From Raja brachyura (lineage: Eukaryota): a stretch of DNA of 64,000 bases. The translations under genes and the position numbers were made by a program. Below the pieces are notes generated by a model. It was given only the letters and a program-made list of their open reading frames with translations. It did no database searches and was not told the origin of the DNA. Numbering within the stretch: position 1 is the first letter of the stretch; every line of letters begins with the position of its first letter. Of the stretch, positions 36,836 through 50,066 are shown piece by piece. Location: positions 14,384,001 through 14,448,000 of the forward strand of contig OY740794.1 in assembly GCA_963514005.1 (NCBI GenBank), written 5' to 3'.

Positions 36836-39559
36836 ACAAATGTTTCCACTGAGGAACTCAAACAACCACATATTCATGTTGAAAATTGAACATATTTATT
36901 TGAAGATGGTCCGCAATGTATATCTTATATAATCATCAAAAGCTGTCACGAAATCAATGGCTTAATATCAGTCCAAATAGATTACCATAGTAGGTTGAGA
37001 TTAAATGACTTTGTATGTCTCAAGGCTATTTTATGGACCACTCCTGTGCTTCGGGGTCACCACTCAAGTTGGCCACAGTGTGGGCGGTTTCATGACGTTA
37101 TCTCTCCCTTTGAAAATTCCCAAATAGCCTCTATTGAACAACACTTGCCCCTCCATCCATCCTCAATATTTTTATAACATACAAAAGGTCATAGAAAATT
37201 TTATAAATATTCAAATTTGAGTTCTCATGTATTAATCACATGTATAGATTTAATAATGTATAGATGTTAAAAACCACTCCTGAAATTCAGTTCTATTGAA
37301 TTTCATTGAACCGGATTGCAAAAAGTATATAAATGATGATGTTGTGCGATCAGTCCATAGATCAGTGAGCAAATTTCTACCACATATTTTGTAAATGCTC
37401 TTGGGACTTGTCTCCATTTATATCGCAGTTTCCAGAAGATTGATGCATAATTCTAAGAATCTTCAGTCCAATCATGGATGGTTGGTACACAGGTATAAAT
37501 CTGACATACCTCGAAACACCACAAGGAAGTGGGTGTTTTATATACTTTACAATCCTTACATACAACATGAGTTTTCTGAAATTAGACTGGTTCCCTTTTA
37601 TTCCCTGGTGCCTCTTTTTCATCTATTTTGTACTTTTATATAAATGGCAATTTGCAGGGGTGTTTCTTCTTCCCACTTAAATCCCACCAGCACACATTTA
37701 TAAACCCTGTTTGTTCAGTTCATCACTATTATTAGAAAATAGACAGTAATGCAACTGTTTAATTGTATCTAATGGTAATCCAATTTGTTTTATTTGCTTG
37801 AACAAGGTTAAACAATCCAAATATATTAAATGCGCATATTGTTTATTTAATTTGACCACAGGATATATCAGCATATTCTTTACTTAAAAAATAATCTACT
37901 TAGTTTCATCTTATCTTAACAATATTCCACATGACAAGAATGTCTCCAACTAAAAAAAAGTTCGATTTATTTCTGACTGAATCAATGTTGACTTAATTCT
38001 AATTGAATTCCTCATCCAGCTATGGATTTCCTTAAGGATTTGGAGAAAGGGCTTGAAATACCATGAGAATCAAGGCACAAACAGCACGGCAACAGGGCAG
38101 CATTAAAGATAAACAAGCTGATCCAGTCCATTGGAATACAGATGTCCATGACATGGTTTAGAAAGGAGCACATCTATTTCTGTGACTCACTGCTAGGGAA
38201 CCTTTATGACTTTATTTGTTTTGTTGCGGTTAAGGGAAGAAGTTTCTAAGCAGTGGCTGACCACTTCTCTGTTGGATAGGTTAGGGATTTTGTGTCATTC
38301 CAAGACTTTCTTCTCCGCCTCAAAGTGGTTTCCTTTGGGGAACGGTACATATCTCTGGAGTCCCTCAGTGGAAGCAGCGAAAATAAAGAGCCTTGTACTC
38401 CATTATGTTCTTAGCAAGACCATCGGGATTTGCAATGTTTTTCCTTCCTTTATCCCTCGTTAGTTCCTTGCTTCTCCACAGAAAGACGATGTGAATGAGA
38501 ATGCGATCAACCATCAGGTGCTCACGTCAATTCAAGACTCTCATTTCTACTTTTATAGTTGGCATAACACTAATACCTCAAAGATTTTCTTCGCAAACAT
38601 GTGAGGCTGCAACAGGGAGAAATTATGAGATTCCATTGAAGGTGCCAAGGCAAATAACAATGAATCCTGGTTACTGCACATAGATTACTGGGTTATATTA
38701 CATGACACCACATAATATTCTCTACTTGGAAAAACAGAAGACCATTCTTTCCATCAGACTATGACTTAAGTTATAAACCAACGTATAAATTCAACACACA
38801 CTCTAAAAGAACGCCACTCAGCACCCATAGTAATTGCATTTACAGGGATTGGAACATTTACTATCTACTTGAAATGGCATAACACCAAATATCCTCCTCC
38901 TGGAATAATATTCAAAATAAAATTGACCTTTCCAGCATGGTCTCTGTTTCTGAGGAGGCTGCATGCCACTAAAAAAAAATCCCTCATTAGCTTTCTACTT
39001 CTTCAGACATCGGCCAACTGACCTCTTGTTGCAGTCAAAAATATAGCTCTGAAATTGCTTTGAAGCAGTTCCATAATAATGAGAAATCCAGGGCTTTATT
39101 TCTATTGTGTTAGCTGATAGGCCATCAATAGGAGTTAAATTTGCATTCACCAACATGTGCAGGTTCCAAGCAAACACAGCCTATGATGAGTCCTTTGGAA
39201 TGCTCGTTATTGACAGAACCAGCCTGATCTGCTGATTGTTTGCAAACATTTTCAAGAAACAGAAGAGCAATGGCAACCAATACGTATCAATATTCTGCAT
39301 TGAGGGTCTATATCAGCCAATCTAGGATGCATATATTTTCATTAGGCCACAGGTACAACCTGATGTACTCTATTCTATTCTATTCTATTCAATGACCAGC
39401 AAAACTATTGAAGACTCATATTTGAGGCTAAACTTATTATACTCTCCATAAGGCAATAATATCTTTCCCCCGAGTGGGTAACTAAAACAAGACTGAGTCA
39501 GATTGATGGCTCTTTAGCAATAATGTAATTTTTTCGTACCCAACCTTTATATATACAAT

Positions 39560-39695
39560 GTGTAGAAAGGAACTGTAGATGCTGGTTTAAACAGAAGATG
39601 GACACAAAATGCAGGAGTAACTCAACAGGATGGGCAGCATCTCTGGAGACAAGGAATGGGTGACGTTTTGGGTCGAGACCCTCCTTCAGACTGAT
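39560..39695 (-). mobile_element. Penelope-like terminus
   Basis: TGTAGAAAGGAACTGTAGATGCTGG...TGACGTTTTGGGTCGAGACCCTCCTTCAGACTGA. Confidence 0.8.
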
Positions 39696-40804
39696 ATACA
39701 ATGCAGAACTAGTATAAGCCTAATTTAGGACATTATTGAATGCAATCAAAATATATTTCCCCTGATTGCTGCAGAATGATTACTTTTAACCCACATCTCA
39801 TTCTTTTTTCCTACATTTTTCGTGAATCATTTGAAAGCCTTCAATGTTAATTGATGCGAAAAAACAGCTTCCCTCACATTACACCGCATTGTCCTGAAAT
39901 ACTCTTCCGCCTATTTTTGTTTTGTCTACCAGCTAAAAAAAGTTTGCTTACAATATCCTCATTCTAATTACATCCTTTTTATTTGAAAAAAACATCAAAT
40001 AATCACAACACTATCATGGGTCTGTGTTGATAGTACATTTGCAAAGTGCGCAATTTAAAACAATTAATTGCCAACTTTCCTCTTTCTAACTCATTTATCC
40101 AAAGAACAGCACATGTTTATCTCATATTTTTAGGACTTCTTCAGCGATCAATCTTTGTAACATTTGTTCAAAGGTTTTATGAAAATGCCAAGTTTGCAGT
40201 ATCAGCTCGTTATCCATTCATGCAGCCTGTCAGGAATTTCTTCCACAAAAGTACACCAGAAAATCATTTAAATATGGACTTGAAATGTGTTTTCCAGTGC
40301 TCGCCCACCAGATCTGTCAAAGACTTTCCCTGCAATTAAAGTTATTTGTCTATTATTTCCAGGTGTGTCTCTTGACACTATTTTATAATATAATCAGGCT
40401 AGGCACTTTTCAAAACATCAGAGAATTGCTCCTGAATTTAGCCAAGCCACAAATGACCATTGATTAGAAAACATGAGGGCTGTGGTTTCAGGTTAGGATT
40501 GATGAGGGCTGGTTTTCTCATATATGAGGCTGCTAATGGTGAAATGACTTATTGAAGCAGGCAGAACTATGTCAATGATTGGTGTTGATGGGAGCTGGTG
40601 CAGTCCAATAAAGTATTGCGATATAAAGATGCTCTCTAATCTATGAAGTTTCCTTTGCTTTTTTTTCAAGTTTTTTTTTCTCCATTCATTGAATTGGACT
40701 TCACTGCAAGCTCCCAGAAACAAATGGCTCGATAAATCATTTTAGAGTTAATTACATTGCTGTTGGTCTGAAGTCACAAATAGGCCCAAATGAGTAAGAA
40801 AAAA

Positions 40805-40962
40805 AAGGACACAAAGTGCTGGAGTAACTCAGCGGGTCAGGCAGCTTCTCTGGAGAATATGGATATTTGACGTTTTGGACCATTCTCCAGAGATGCTGCC
40901 TGATCCACTGAGTCAATCCAGAGCTTTGTGTTTTTTTTGTGAACCAGCATCTGCAATTCCTG
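40805..40962. mobile_element. Palindromic Penelope-like terminus pair
   Basis: Inverted arms around about 40875. Confidence 0.8.
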
Positions 40963-43900
40963 GTGTGGTGTGAACGGTTGGACTTTCTTCCCGAAAGGAC
41001 ATGAATGAATCCGATGGGCGGAACAACAAGCTGACTGATTTGTGCTGACTATCACCGAAACCAACCCTTCATTCCAGGATTGTCTAATTAACATATTTTA
41101 AATTCCTCAGGTACCATAGTGAGAGGCAAATTAATATAACCAGATCATTTCTGCAAGTCTCTGTTTTACTAACCTGTTAATCTAACCACTAACCTTCTGA
41201 ACCCGTTATATGTTTCTATTAATCGAGCCACTCCATGAGTGCCCATCATTGTTGGACTAGTTTTTGCTTTAATGACACTGGGGCAGCTTGTTGCCACTTC
41301 ACGGGTTTCCAAATAAAAGGGCCAATGTCATAACATGCAATGCAACTGGTCTTTCAGATGGTCCCTTCACTTTATGTGTGCCGACTTTGGATTGCCATCA
41401 GTAATCTTGGAAGTGCCTCGACAATCTGAGGGTAGTCTGAGGGAGATAAAACATTTAAGCAGACTTTGTGGCATTAGAAAAGTCCAAGAGCATACGTTGG
41501 GAGGAGCAGCTTACTGCGATCGGAGGGGAAACGGACTACAGATGTCAAGCTGGAAAAAACTATTTTTAAAATAGGAAAAACATGAAATTTTGTCCAAACC
41601 CATGAAGCTCCAGGGTGCTGCAGGGTATTAGAAAAATATATCAAAAGATTTGAAGAGTATAACTTGTCGTCGTCAGGTGGGTTCCAATAAAAATATTTGG
41701 CTACTCCACATTTTCCCATCTGGTTTCATTGGTCTGCCATTTTTAATAAAAAACTTAGATCTGAACATTTTTAGAAATTCTTTAGTACAACTACTGCCTT
41801 GGTTTATAACATTTATCACCAGCAGAGCTCATTCAACAGCCCATTTTGAAGTGTCTTTGCCACCAGTTTAAATGCTGTCAAAATAATGTCTGACTAAAAT
41901 TGAAGCAATTTTAAACTAGTTCCAGTCTCTCCAAGGTCTGATTTTAAGCATAAAATTAGAAGCTGTTCGATCGACATTTTAGAAAGAACATGAACACTAA
42001 TTTCAGCTGCAAGGACTTGCACGGCTCAGAGGAATCACCAGACTGCATCAAATTTCCACAAGGGGGAACTTAGCAATGGGAAATTTATTCCACGCGTAAG
42101 TTACAAAATTCTCCCCTGTCAATGTATAAATGAATAGCAAGTGCAGAGATTAGGTGTGATTATACAACAGGTGTGGGGAGACACACTGAGCAGCATAGTT
42201 TAGATATTAGACATGCAACACAGTACATCCCACATTGCACAGTTTAATCAATTTTTAATGGTTTATTGGGGAGGACACATGCTGGGTAAACGAGACAGTC
42301 AGTGGGGCACCTGCAAAACACTGAACATATGTAGAATGCGGCATTAATTGAACAAGCTTTTCATCAAACGATTAAAAATTCAATAGGGGTGAAATTGGCC
42401 AATGGCTGTAATGCAAAACCAGCTAATAGTGAATCAGTTAGTCCTCCTAAACCAAGCTTGACATCCTATTGCAGTGGTGTATACAGACCCGAGCAACTCG
42501 TTAATCAACCTGCTCTCACCACTGGTGAAAACCAATTTGAATGTCAATCTTTCTCAAAGCAAAAGTACGTTCCTTCTGCGCAATAGCGTGTGAATCCTTG
42601 GAATCCCTTGTTTTAAATGTTCCTTTTATTTGCACATGCCGCTCTATTAGAGAAATTGTTACAAAATACTGCCACCATTTGGAAACCGCCAGGTATCAAA
42701 TTTGATGCAACCTTCCACATCTTCAGTACACAGTAATTGCATAAGATTTTTAGTTAAGGAAAAGCTTATCCTATCAATGATTAACAGTCCCCTCCACTAT
42801 ATCTTGCTATTTCTTACATCCTGATGAACTCTGAGAAATGCATCAGGCTTTGAGGATCACATCGAAACAACACTTACACCCTTGCATATAAATTTGTCTT
42901 TTAAGTTCTCTCCAAACAATGGGGCTGCCCTGGGTGAGTACATTTCAGGCCTGGCACACTTGCAATTACCAGGCACCGTTGGGGCCCAGCAAATGGCTAC
43001 AGTCACCACAGCATATCCAAGGATTGTTGCCAAGATTAATTGGCCCCACTCCCATCCTCCTCTCTTATCCCACCCAGTGCACTAGACGTAGGGCCAAAGT
43101 GATGGGTTTATTTGGCTGCAAAGGGCAAGCTCTCTGCGGAGGGAACAACGGGCTGCAGCAACTCACCAAAGCCAAGGAAATAAGTGCCAAGGTCCAATAT
43201 TTGGCCAGTCTCTGGTTTCTGAGTTGGGGCATGTGCCACTTCAGGACAAGAAAAAAAGACTCAGGCCACTTTCAGCTCCCAGGTTTTTCAACCACCCTTG
43301 CCTGCCCTATAGTTCAGCCCCGTGTGGCTCTTCTCTGAACTGACTCCAGTACTTAAAAGTCTGAACAAAGCACTGTACAGTTTTCATGCAACTTCTACCA
43401 ACTGGTAACTGAGCTTTCCATACAAGCGAACATTCTGTTTGCTTTGTTGATTGATGTTTGGCAGCAAATGGATATGTTATTAACACCCCTACATCTCTGA
43501 ACCACCTCCTAAGCTGTTCCAACACTATTTATAAAAGTATTTTTATCACCTTTTTTTTCTTTAAAATGCATTTACTCATTGAATTTCACTTGCCTGCTGC
43601 CCACCCACTGCTGCATTAACTCATTTTGTAAGTCTGCACTTTCCCAACCACTCTCGCAGTTGTTTCGGTTTCACCTGCAAAATGGACCAGTTTTTAGCTA
43701 CCATTCAAAGCTCCCAGCCTGCTGCCTTTCACTTACATGTCAAATGGGCTCATGATGGACCATTCAAGCGCAAGAACCTCTGATGTGAACTTCCAACCGG
43801 CCATTATTTTTCATTTGCCTGTGATCTCAGCAACTTTTTGTTTTAAAATCAAAACCTGCCTTTATATTTAAAAATCCAACCATAGTTTCTGAAAACAGCT

Positions 43901-44734
43901 CAAATCATGCAAAGCTCTTAAACCATAACCATAAAAAAGTCTCCAGGTCCAACTGAAAAATTCCATTCATTGTTTGTGCACTTTGTAAATCACCTTTCTT
44001 CTTCCAGCAAATGGCTGATTGGGATAATTTTGACTTTTGAATGTTAATACAAAGTGCACAGCCAGCCATTAAGCTTCTTCTCCGATTAATATTTGGAAGC
44101 AAAAGTTGTATGTTTTTTAATGGTTGATGTTTGCATATTTTGTACCGTTGCACAAAATTATTGCTATTCCTTAGTCTCCCTACCCAAAGTAAAATTGTTC
44201 ATTTTTAACAGCAACTGTGGTTTGGCATCCCTTTCCATGCTGATGAATTCATGAGTAGCATATTCGCCAGTATTAGTATTTCATAATGCTTGCCACACTC
44301 TATGTAAAGGTACACACAGTGATGAGATCAATATCATAATGTCAACACATTAGCAATTGCAGCTCCTGATATTAATATGTGATTTTTTTTAAAAAGCATT
44401 GCAAAGTTTGAACTGCAAAACATATAATGTGGAATTTATTTCCAACAAAGCGTAGTGCAACTAAATATTAGGATACCTTAAAACATACTTGAATTAAACT
44501 GTTCCACAGCTCTTTTCCTGGACAGCGTGCCATTTCCTAGACAATGGATTCTCTATTTTGGCACACAAAAATGTACTAGCTTTGTGATATTACTGGAGAC
44601 TATTGGCCCTTTAGCTTGCTGCCTGAATATAGGTGATGGAGCATTAATGGAGACTAAGGGAGAAAAGGAAGCTGAAGGTTTTTGGACAGGGAAACAATGC
44701 AACGGAATTCATGGTTTCAGTTGTCACCGTTTGA

Positions 44735-45040
44735 TTTAGATTTTAGACTTTAGAGAGAGAGCTCAGAAACAGGCCCTTCAGCCCACAGAGTCCGTGCCAA
44801 CCAGTGATCACCCCACATACTAGCTCTATCCTACACACAAAGGACAATTTACAATTTTTACCAAAGCCAATTAACCTACAAACCTGTACGTCTTTGGAGT
44901 GTGGGAGGAAACAGGAGCACCTGTAAATAACCCACATGGTCACAGGGAGAACGTCCAAATTCTACACGGACAGCACCCGTGGTCAGGAACAAACCCGGGC
45001 CTCCAGTTTCAGAAAATCTACCGCTGTACCACTGTACCAC
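44735..45040 (-). mobile_element. HE1-like V-SINE
   Basis: Tail, V domain and head on the reverse strand. Confidence 0.87.
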
Positions 45041-45053
45041 CCTTATATTCTTA

Positions 45054-45353
45054 TGCCCCTGTCCCACTTAGGAAACCTGAACGGAAACCTCTGGAGACTT
45101 TGCGCCCCACCCAAGGTTTCCATGCGGTTCCCAGAGGTTCCCAGAGGTTTTTGTCAGTCTCCCTAATGGTCGAAAGTGGTTTCCGTTTTAAAAATCGGTA
45201 ATTTTTTAGTTGAAGCCGGTTGCGATGCTAGTTGAAGGTGGTTGCCGGAGGACAAAAACCCTCCTGGAACCTCGGGGAACCGCATGGAAACCGTGGGTGG
45301 GGCGCAAAGTCTCCAGAGGTTTCCGTTCAGGTTTCCTAAGTGGGACAGGGGCA
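45054..45353. mobile_element. MITE with about 100-bp TIRs (PIF/Harbinger-like)
   Basis: TGCCCCTGTCCCACTTAGGAAACCTGAACGGAAACCTCTGGAGACTTTGCGCCCCACCCA is exactly inverted at the right end. Flanks are TTA and TAA. Confidence 0.9.
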
Positions 45354-47489
45354 TAATGTTCCTGTTCAATACAACTATCATTTTATTCTGAAAAGCCATT
45401 AAAATATTTTAAAACATCATTGGAAAAATGATTGATGAATCATTGTGTGTAGGCATGAAATGACTTCCATCTAGCACCATCAGCTATCGGCATACACACA
45501 CACTCTTTTCAATACTTGGATCGTTTGAAGTGACTTGGATCTCTCAAATACGTGGCTGTTAATGCCGCCTCATGCTGTGATATGGTTGTCTAGGTATGTC
45601 TCTATTGACACAGTTTTCAAACATTATTTATACGACTGGTACCTTTCCCCACCCTTCAACTGCGGTGATCCATTATCCTTTTAAAACTCTATAATCATGA
45701 TCTGCAGCAGATAAACATACAAAGTGTAATCCCTTAAACAAACTGGTCTGCCCAAAAAGGCTGTTTCGCAACATTACAAAATGGCTGAATGATATTCCCG
45801 CAGGAGACTATAGATCATTGCTCCTTTCTCCAAAACTGCATCTCATTTGACAAGGAGATATAATAGAAAGTGAAATGTTTAGTGAAATTATGACAGGCAT
45901 GAATAAACTACTTTAGAATCCATAGAGAGATTTCCCAATTGTGTCACATTGTTCTGACTACTCTCACGCACAACATAGTATAATCATAATTAAAAGTTAA
46001 TTAAAGAAAATCTAATGTTCGCTTGTTACTTTAAGCATTCAAGTTGTTTCTATATGTGCATTGACAACAAGCCAGTTTTATCTACATGGAAATGCATGCC
46101 CACATATCTCCAATTCTCACTGGCATCAAAGTGGAAAACTTTGAAGAGCCGAGATATAGTACTATGAGTTAGAAAGTTGAAGGATTCAATCCTTTTGTTA
46201 GATATTTTAGTATATAATGTGCATTAAGGGAGGCACTGCTTTGGGACTATTCAAGTGCACACTGATGTTCACTCTTTGAGTTATTTGAAGAAAACCAGCG
46301 TCCTGAATAATACTTATCCTTCATCAAACATGATCAATATTCAACCTTGTTTTCTGATCATGCCAGCATTGATCATAGAGCATTGTTGTGTAGAAAACGG
46401 CTTGCTTTTTTTTTTCTTGATTGCCTCAGTACTTAATTAGCAGTCCTGTGCTTCAGTGTGGAGGTCATGGAAGGTGTGACATAACTGCAAGTCCTTTCCT
46501 CTTCCAGAATCATTTCTCTTCACAGAGCCACGGTGTTGGACATTTCCGTAAACTCATCAGCTCCTTCGCCATCTGTACAATTGAACGATTGTTGTTCAGC
46601 TCATGATGAAGATACCAGGGACTTGTTTCGTAGCTGAGCCAAGCCTAATTATGAGTCACTGGATGTTCATTACAAGCAAGACAAGATCAACAGCAGGAAA
46701 TAAACTCAAGGAGTGCTTTAAGAGCTTTTTAAAGTATATTTTTTCATCACTAGTGGCGTTTGAGTATCTCAAAGTTACATCACTAATTACTTAACATGCA
46801 CATTTACTTAAAATGTTTGTTATTGCAAAAAAAAATCAGAAAATGCTGCGGACTCAGAGTAGGACTGTGGAGAAATGAACAAAGTTTTAGCCCAATGTCC
46901 TTTCAGCAAAATAATGATTAGAAAAGAAAACCAGCCGACCTGCTAACTTTTTTTGTCTCTTTCCATAAATGCTCCTTGACCTGTTGAGTATTGTCAGCAG
47001 TCTTTTAGTTTCCAATTACTAGCATCTGCTGTGTTTTCCTTTTGGGCTTCTTGACATCTATTTTTATTTTTATTAACATTAAATGTGAAAATGAATATTG
47101 TAGTTCAAACCAAAGGATGAAATAGCACTTTCAATGTGGCAACCCCTATTACTGAAGAACAGCCAAGTTTGGGGGGAGTAGATAGTTTGGAAAGTTCCAT
47201 TTATGCCCTCATTCCATGATCTTACTATCCAAATAAGGGAAAAGGTAGTATGTAAAAGAATCTTTGGCAAATTTGTACCCTGTTGTGATTCTTCCCGACT
47301 CTGTAAATGAAGGAAACCTGAAATGGCAACATTTACCAGGTAGCCAGCATGCCATACTCTTATCTCAGGGATGGGATGATGTCGTTGCAATGCATGGCTC
47401 CATTATATGCAGTTTGTGCTGACAGATTGGGAAGGCACGACTCAACTTTGCCCCCAGATGGCCTGTACATTTGAGGCAAGGAACACTCC

Positions 47490-48030
47490 AGGGCAAACCT
47501 AAAACTGACCTACATGATCTCCCAGTTGCCAAGCACTTTAACGCCCCTTCCCATCCCCATACCAACCTTTCGGTCCTGGGCCTACTCCAATGTCAGAGTG
47601 AGACCAAAAGCAAATTTGATGAACAGCACCTCATATTTCGCTTGAGCAGCTTACAACCTAGCAGTGTGAACATTGATTTCTCTAACTTCAAGTCACCCTT
47701 GCATCCCCTTTCTCTCCGTCCCCCCCCCCCCCCCACCCTTGTCGTCATACTAGTTTCACTGTCGACCTGTTGAGTTTCACTGTCTGCATAACTCATCATC
47801 ACCTGCCCAATAACCAACAATGCACCATTGTGGGCTCCACCTTTCCTTGATCACCGTTGCTTTTTGCATATCTTTCATTTGTTTGTTCTATACACCTTCT
47901 ATATCTTTCGTTTACCTATCACCTGACTCACACGTTGAAAAGGGATCTCATCGCGAAACGTCACCTATTCCTTTTCTGCAGAAATGCTGCCTGGCCCGCT
48001 GAGTTTCTCCAGCTTTTTTGTGTCTATCTC
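47490..48030 (+). mobile_element. Penelope-like retroelement 3' fragment: GIY-YIG endonuclease C-terminus, 3' UTR and terminus
   Basis: DLPVAKHFNAPSHPHTNLSVLGLLQCQSETKSKFDEQHLIFRLSSLQPSSVNIDF fits the PLE motif PVA.HFN..H...V.GL...E..LIF.L..L.P.G.N. Ends in the GAAACGTCACC...GAGTTTCTCCAGC arm. Confidence 0.88.
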
Positions 48031-49104
48031 AAATGCAATGTATGCAGCTTAGGAAATTCTCATCTCCTGCTGTTGATGTCTCTGTGAGCTAATTGCAACT
48101 ATTCTCCACCAAACTATACTGTCCATCTTATACCAAATTCTAATTCCCGTCTATTTCCAGCTCTGAGGGGAAAAAAATCGCAGCTCTTCAGATAAATTCT
48201 TGCTTAGGTTAGTCTGGTAATCCACTGGGATGTGTGCACCAAAATAAAGGCTGTTACTCCGAGTCTGAACACATGCAGGTAAATCAAGATTATCTCTGCT
48301 GGTGTTCGGGGCACTCTTGGCTGCAACTGTACACTCCACATCTGGATGCATGAACTTTGGCTTTTATAACCGTTAAGTGGGTCATTAACTTTAAAAAGCA
48401 TTAAAGGCTCATTATTTATGGTGCATCATCATTGGCTGATATCTTTCCATTACTGCTAATGAAATCCACTTCCTTGGGATATCCACATTTCAACATGTGC
48501 ATTCCACTATTTCATTAATGGTTCATTATTATTCGACATGACATCTTCATTTCTCCCTTCTTCAGGAAAATAAGTGCACGTTTTCCTGATCCACTTGGTT
48601 TTCAACCAGGGGAGAGAAAAAAAAACACCAGCTTTGCCATATTGCTTAGCCTGTTCTGTAAAACTTTGCTGAATCTTCATTTCCAAAGACTTAACAATTT
48701 TACTCAAGTGTTAAGTGCTGTGTCATTAGTTCAGATGTAGTAAAAACACCAGCAAAGAATTGGTTGGGCCAAACGGCCTGCTTCTCTGCTGTATATGTTA
48801 AGTGATTCTATGCTAGAAGACCTTGAACATATTGCAACAATGAACGTTTTAATCAGGTAATAACCAGTCGCAGGAGAAAGTCAGACTTTCATTTAGTTCT
48901 GTGGCAACGCATTAATTAAGCCCGTGACCCTCTACTGTACATGTGGTTACCTTATACAAACTTAGATCAAGTACTAAATACTTCACTTTCTGATTATAGT
49001 TACAAATTATGATGGAACACGTTTCAACCATTTTCTTTACAAGAAATGTGCGCGCGCTATTTACAAGGAGCCACCTTATACTTAACTGGATACAAACCTG
49101 AAAG

Positions 49105-49290
49105 TGTTGTGGGTGTTCAGATGAGAGGTTAAATCAACGCCAGCTATCTTACTTGAACATGAATATTCCCAGGGCACTACTTCGAAAGAGAGCAGCGAAG
49201 TTAGTCCTAGTGTCCTGGTCAATAGACATATCTTAATCAATATCTCTGATAAAAAAAAAAGAGACAGCCATTCCCGTTGCTTTTCCTGTA
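49105..49290 (+). mobile_element. Deu-domain SINE core fragment
   Basis: TCAGATGAGAGGTTAAA...GGCACTACTTCGAAAGAGAGCAGCGAAGTT..CCTAGTGTCCTGGTCAATA. Confidence 0.7.
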
Positions 49291-49842
49291 TTACGCCAGT
49301 GAGTAAACTGCACTGGGGCCGTCCACAGACACTAGAGCAAGTTAAAGACTTGTGCAGCGAGATGGGAGTCTCTCTACTGAAGTGGGTCATTGGGCTCCGA
49401 GTCGTTTTTTTTCACAAAAGCAGAAAAATAACGAGGGATGGGTGGGGAAAACCATTTAACCCCGAGCAACCATTAACCCACCGATAGACAGCATTTTAGT
49501 CCGATTTTCAAGAACCGATATTTTCAGGGTTCCCACTCATCCGATATTTTTGTTTAAAAAAATAAAATATCAATCCACACCCTTTTGTAAATCTGTCGTT
49601 TTTTGGTCAAAGATAGAGAAAGATAATGATAGGTGTATTTTTTTTAAGTAAATGCACTGGGCAATGAACACATCATCACAGTCTTGACCCATTATGTTTT
49701 ACGCCGTTAGTGTCTGTTTGGAGCCTACTAATAGGATTTATATTCGCCATCTTCGCGACTGCTTTTTTTTTTCATTGAGTAAATCGCGTTTGCTATAAAA
49801 AATGTTTGGAGTGCTATACATAGCGAGGTATATAGAAAACCA

Positions 49843-50066
49843 TACACGGCGCTGGAGTAACTCATCAGATCAGGCAGCATCTCTGGACCCGAAACGTTAC
49901 CCGTCCCTTTTATCCAGAGATGGTGCCTGGCCCGCTTGAGTTACTCCAGCACTTTGTGTCTATCTTTGGAGAACATGTTCTCCGGAGATACTACCTGGCC
50001 CGCTTGAATTACTCCAGCACTTTGTGTCTTTTTTCTTTTTGTAAATTAGCATCCCCGGTCCCTTAT
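49843..50066. mobile_element. Penelope-like termini: one inverted plus two tandem arms
   Basis: GCTGGAGTAACTCA arm, then twice CCTGGCCCGCTTGA.TTACTCCAGCACTTTGTGTC. Confidence 0.8.
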
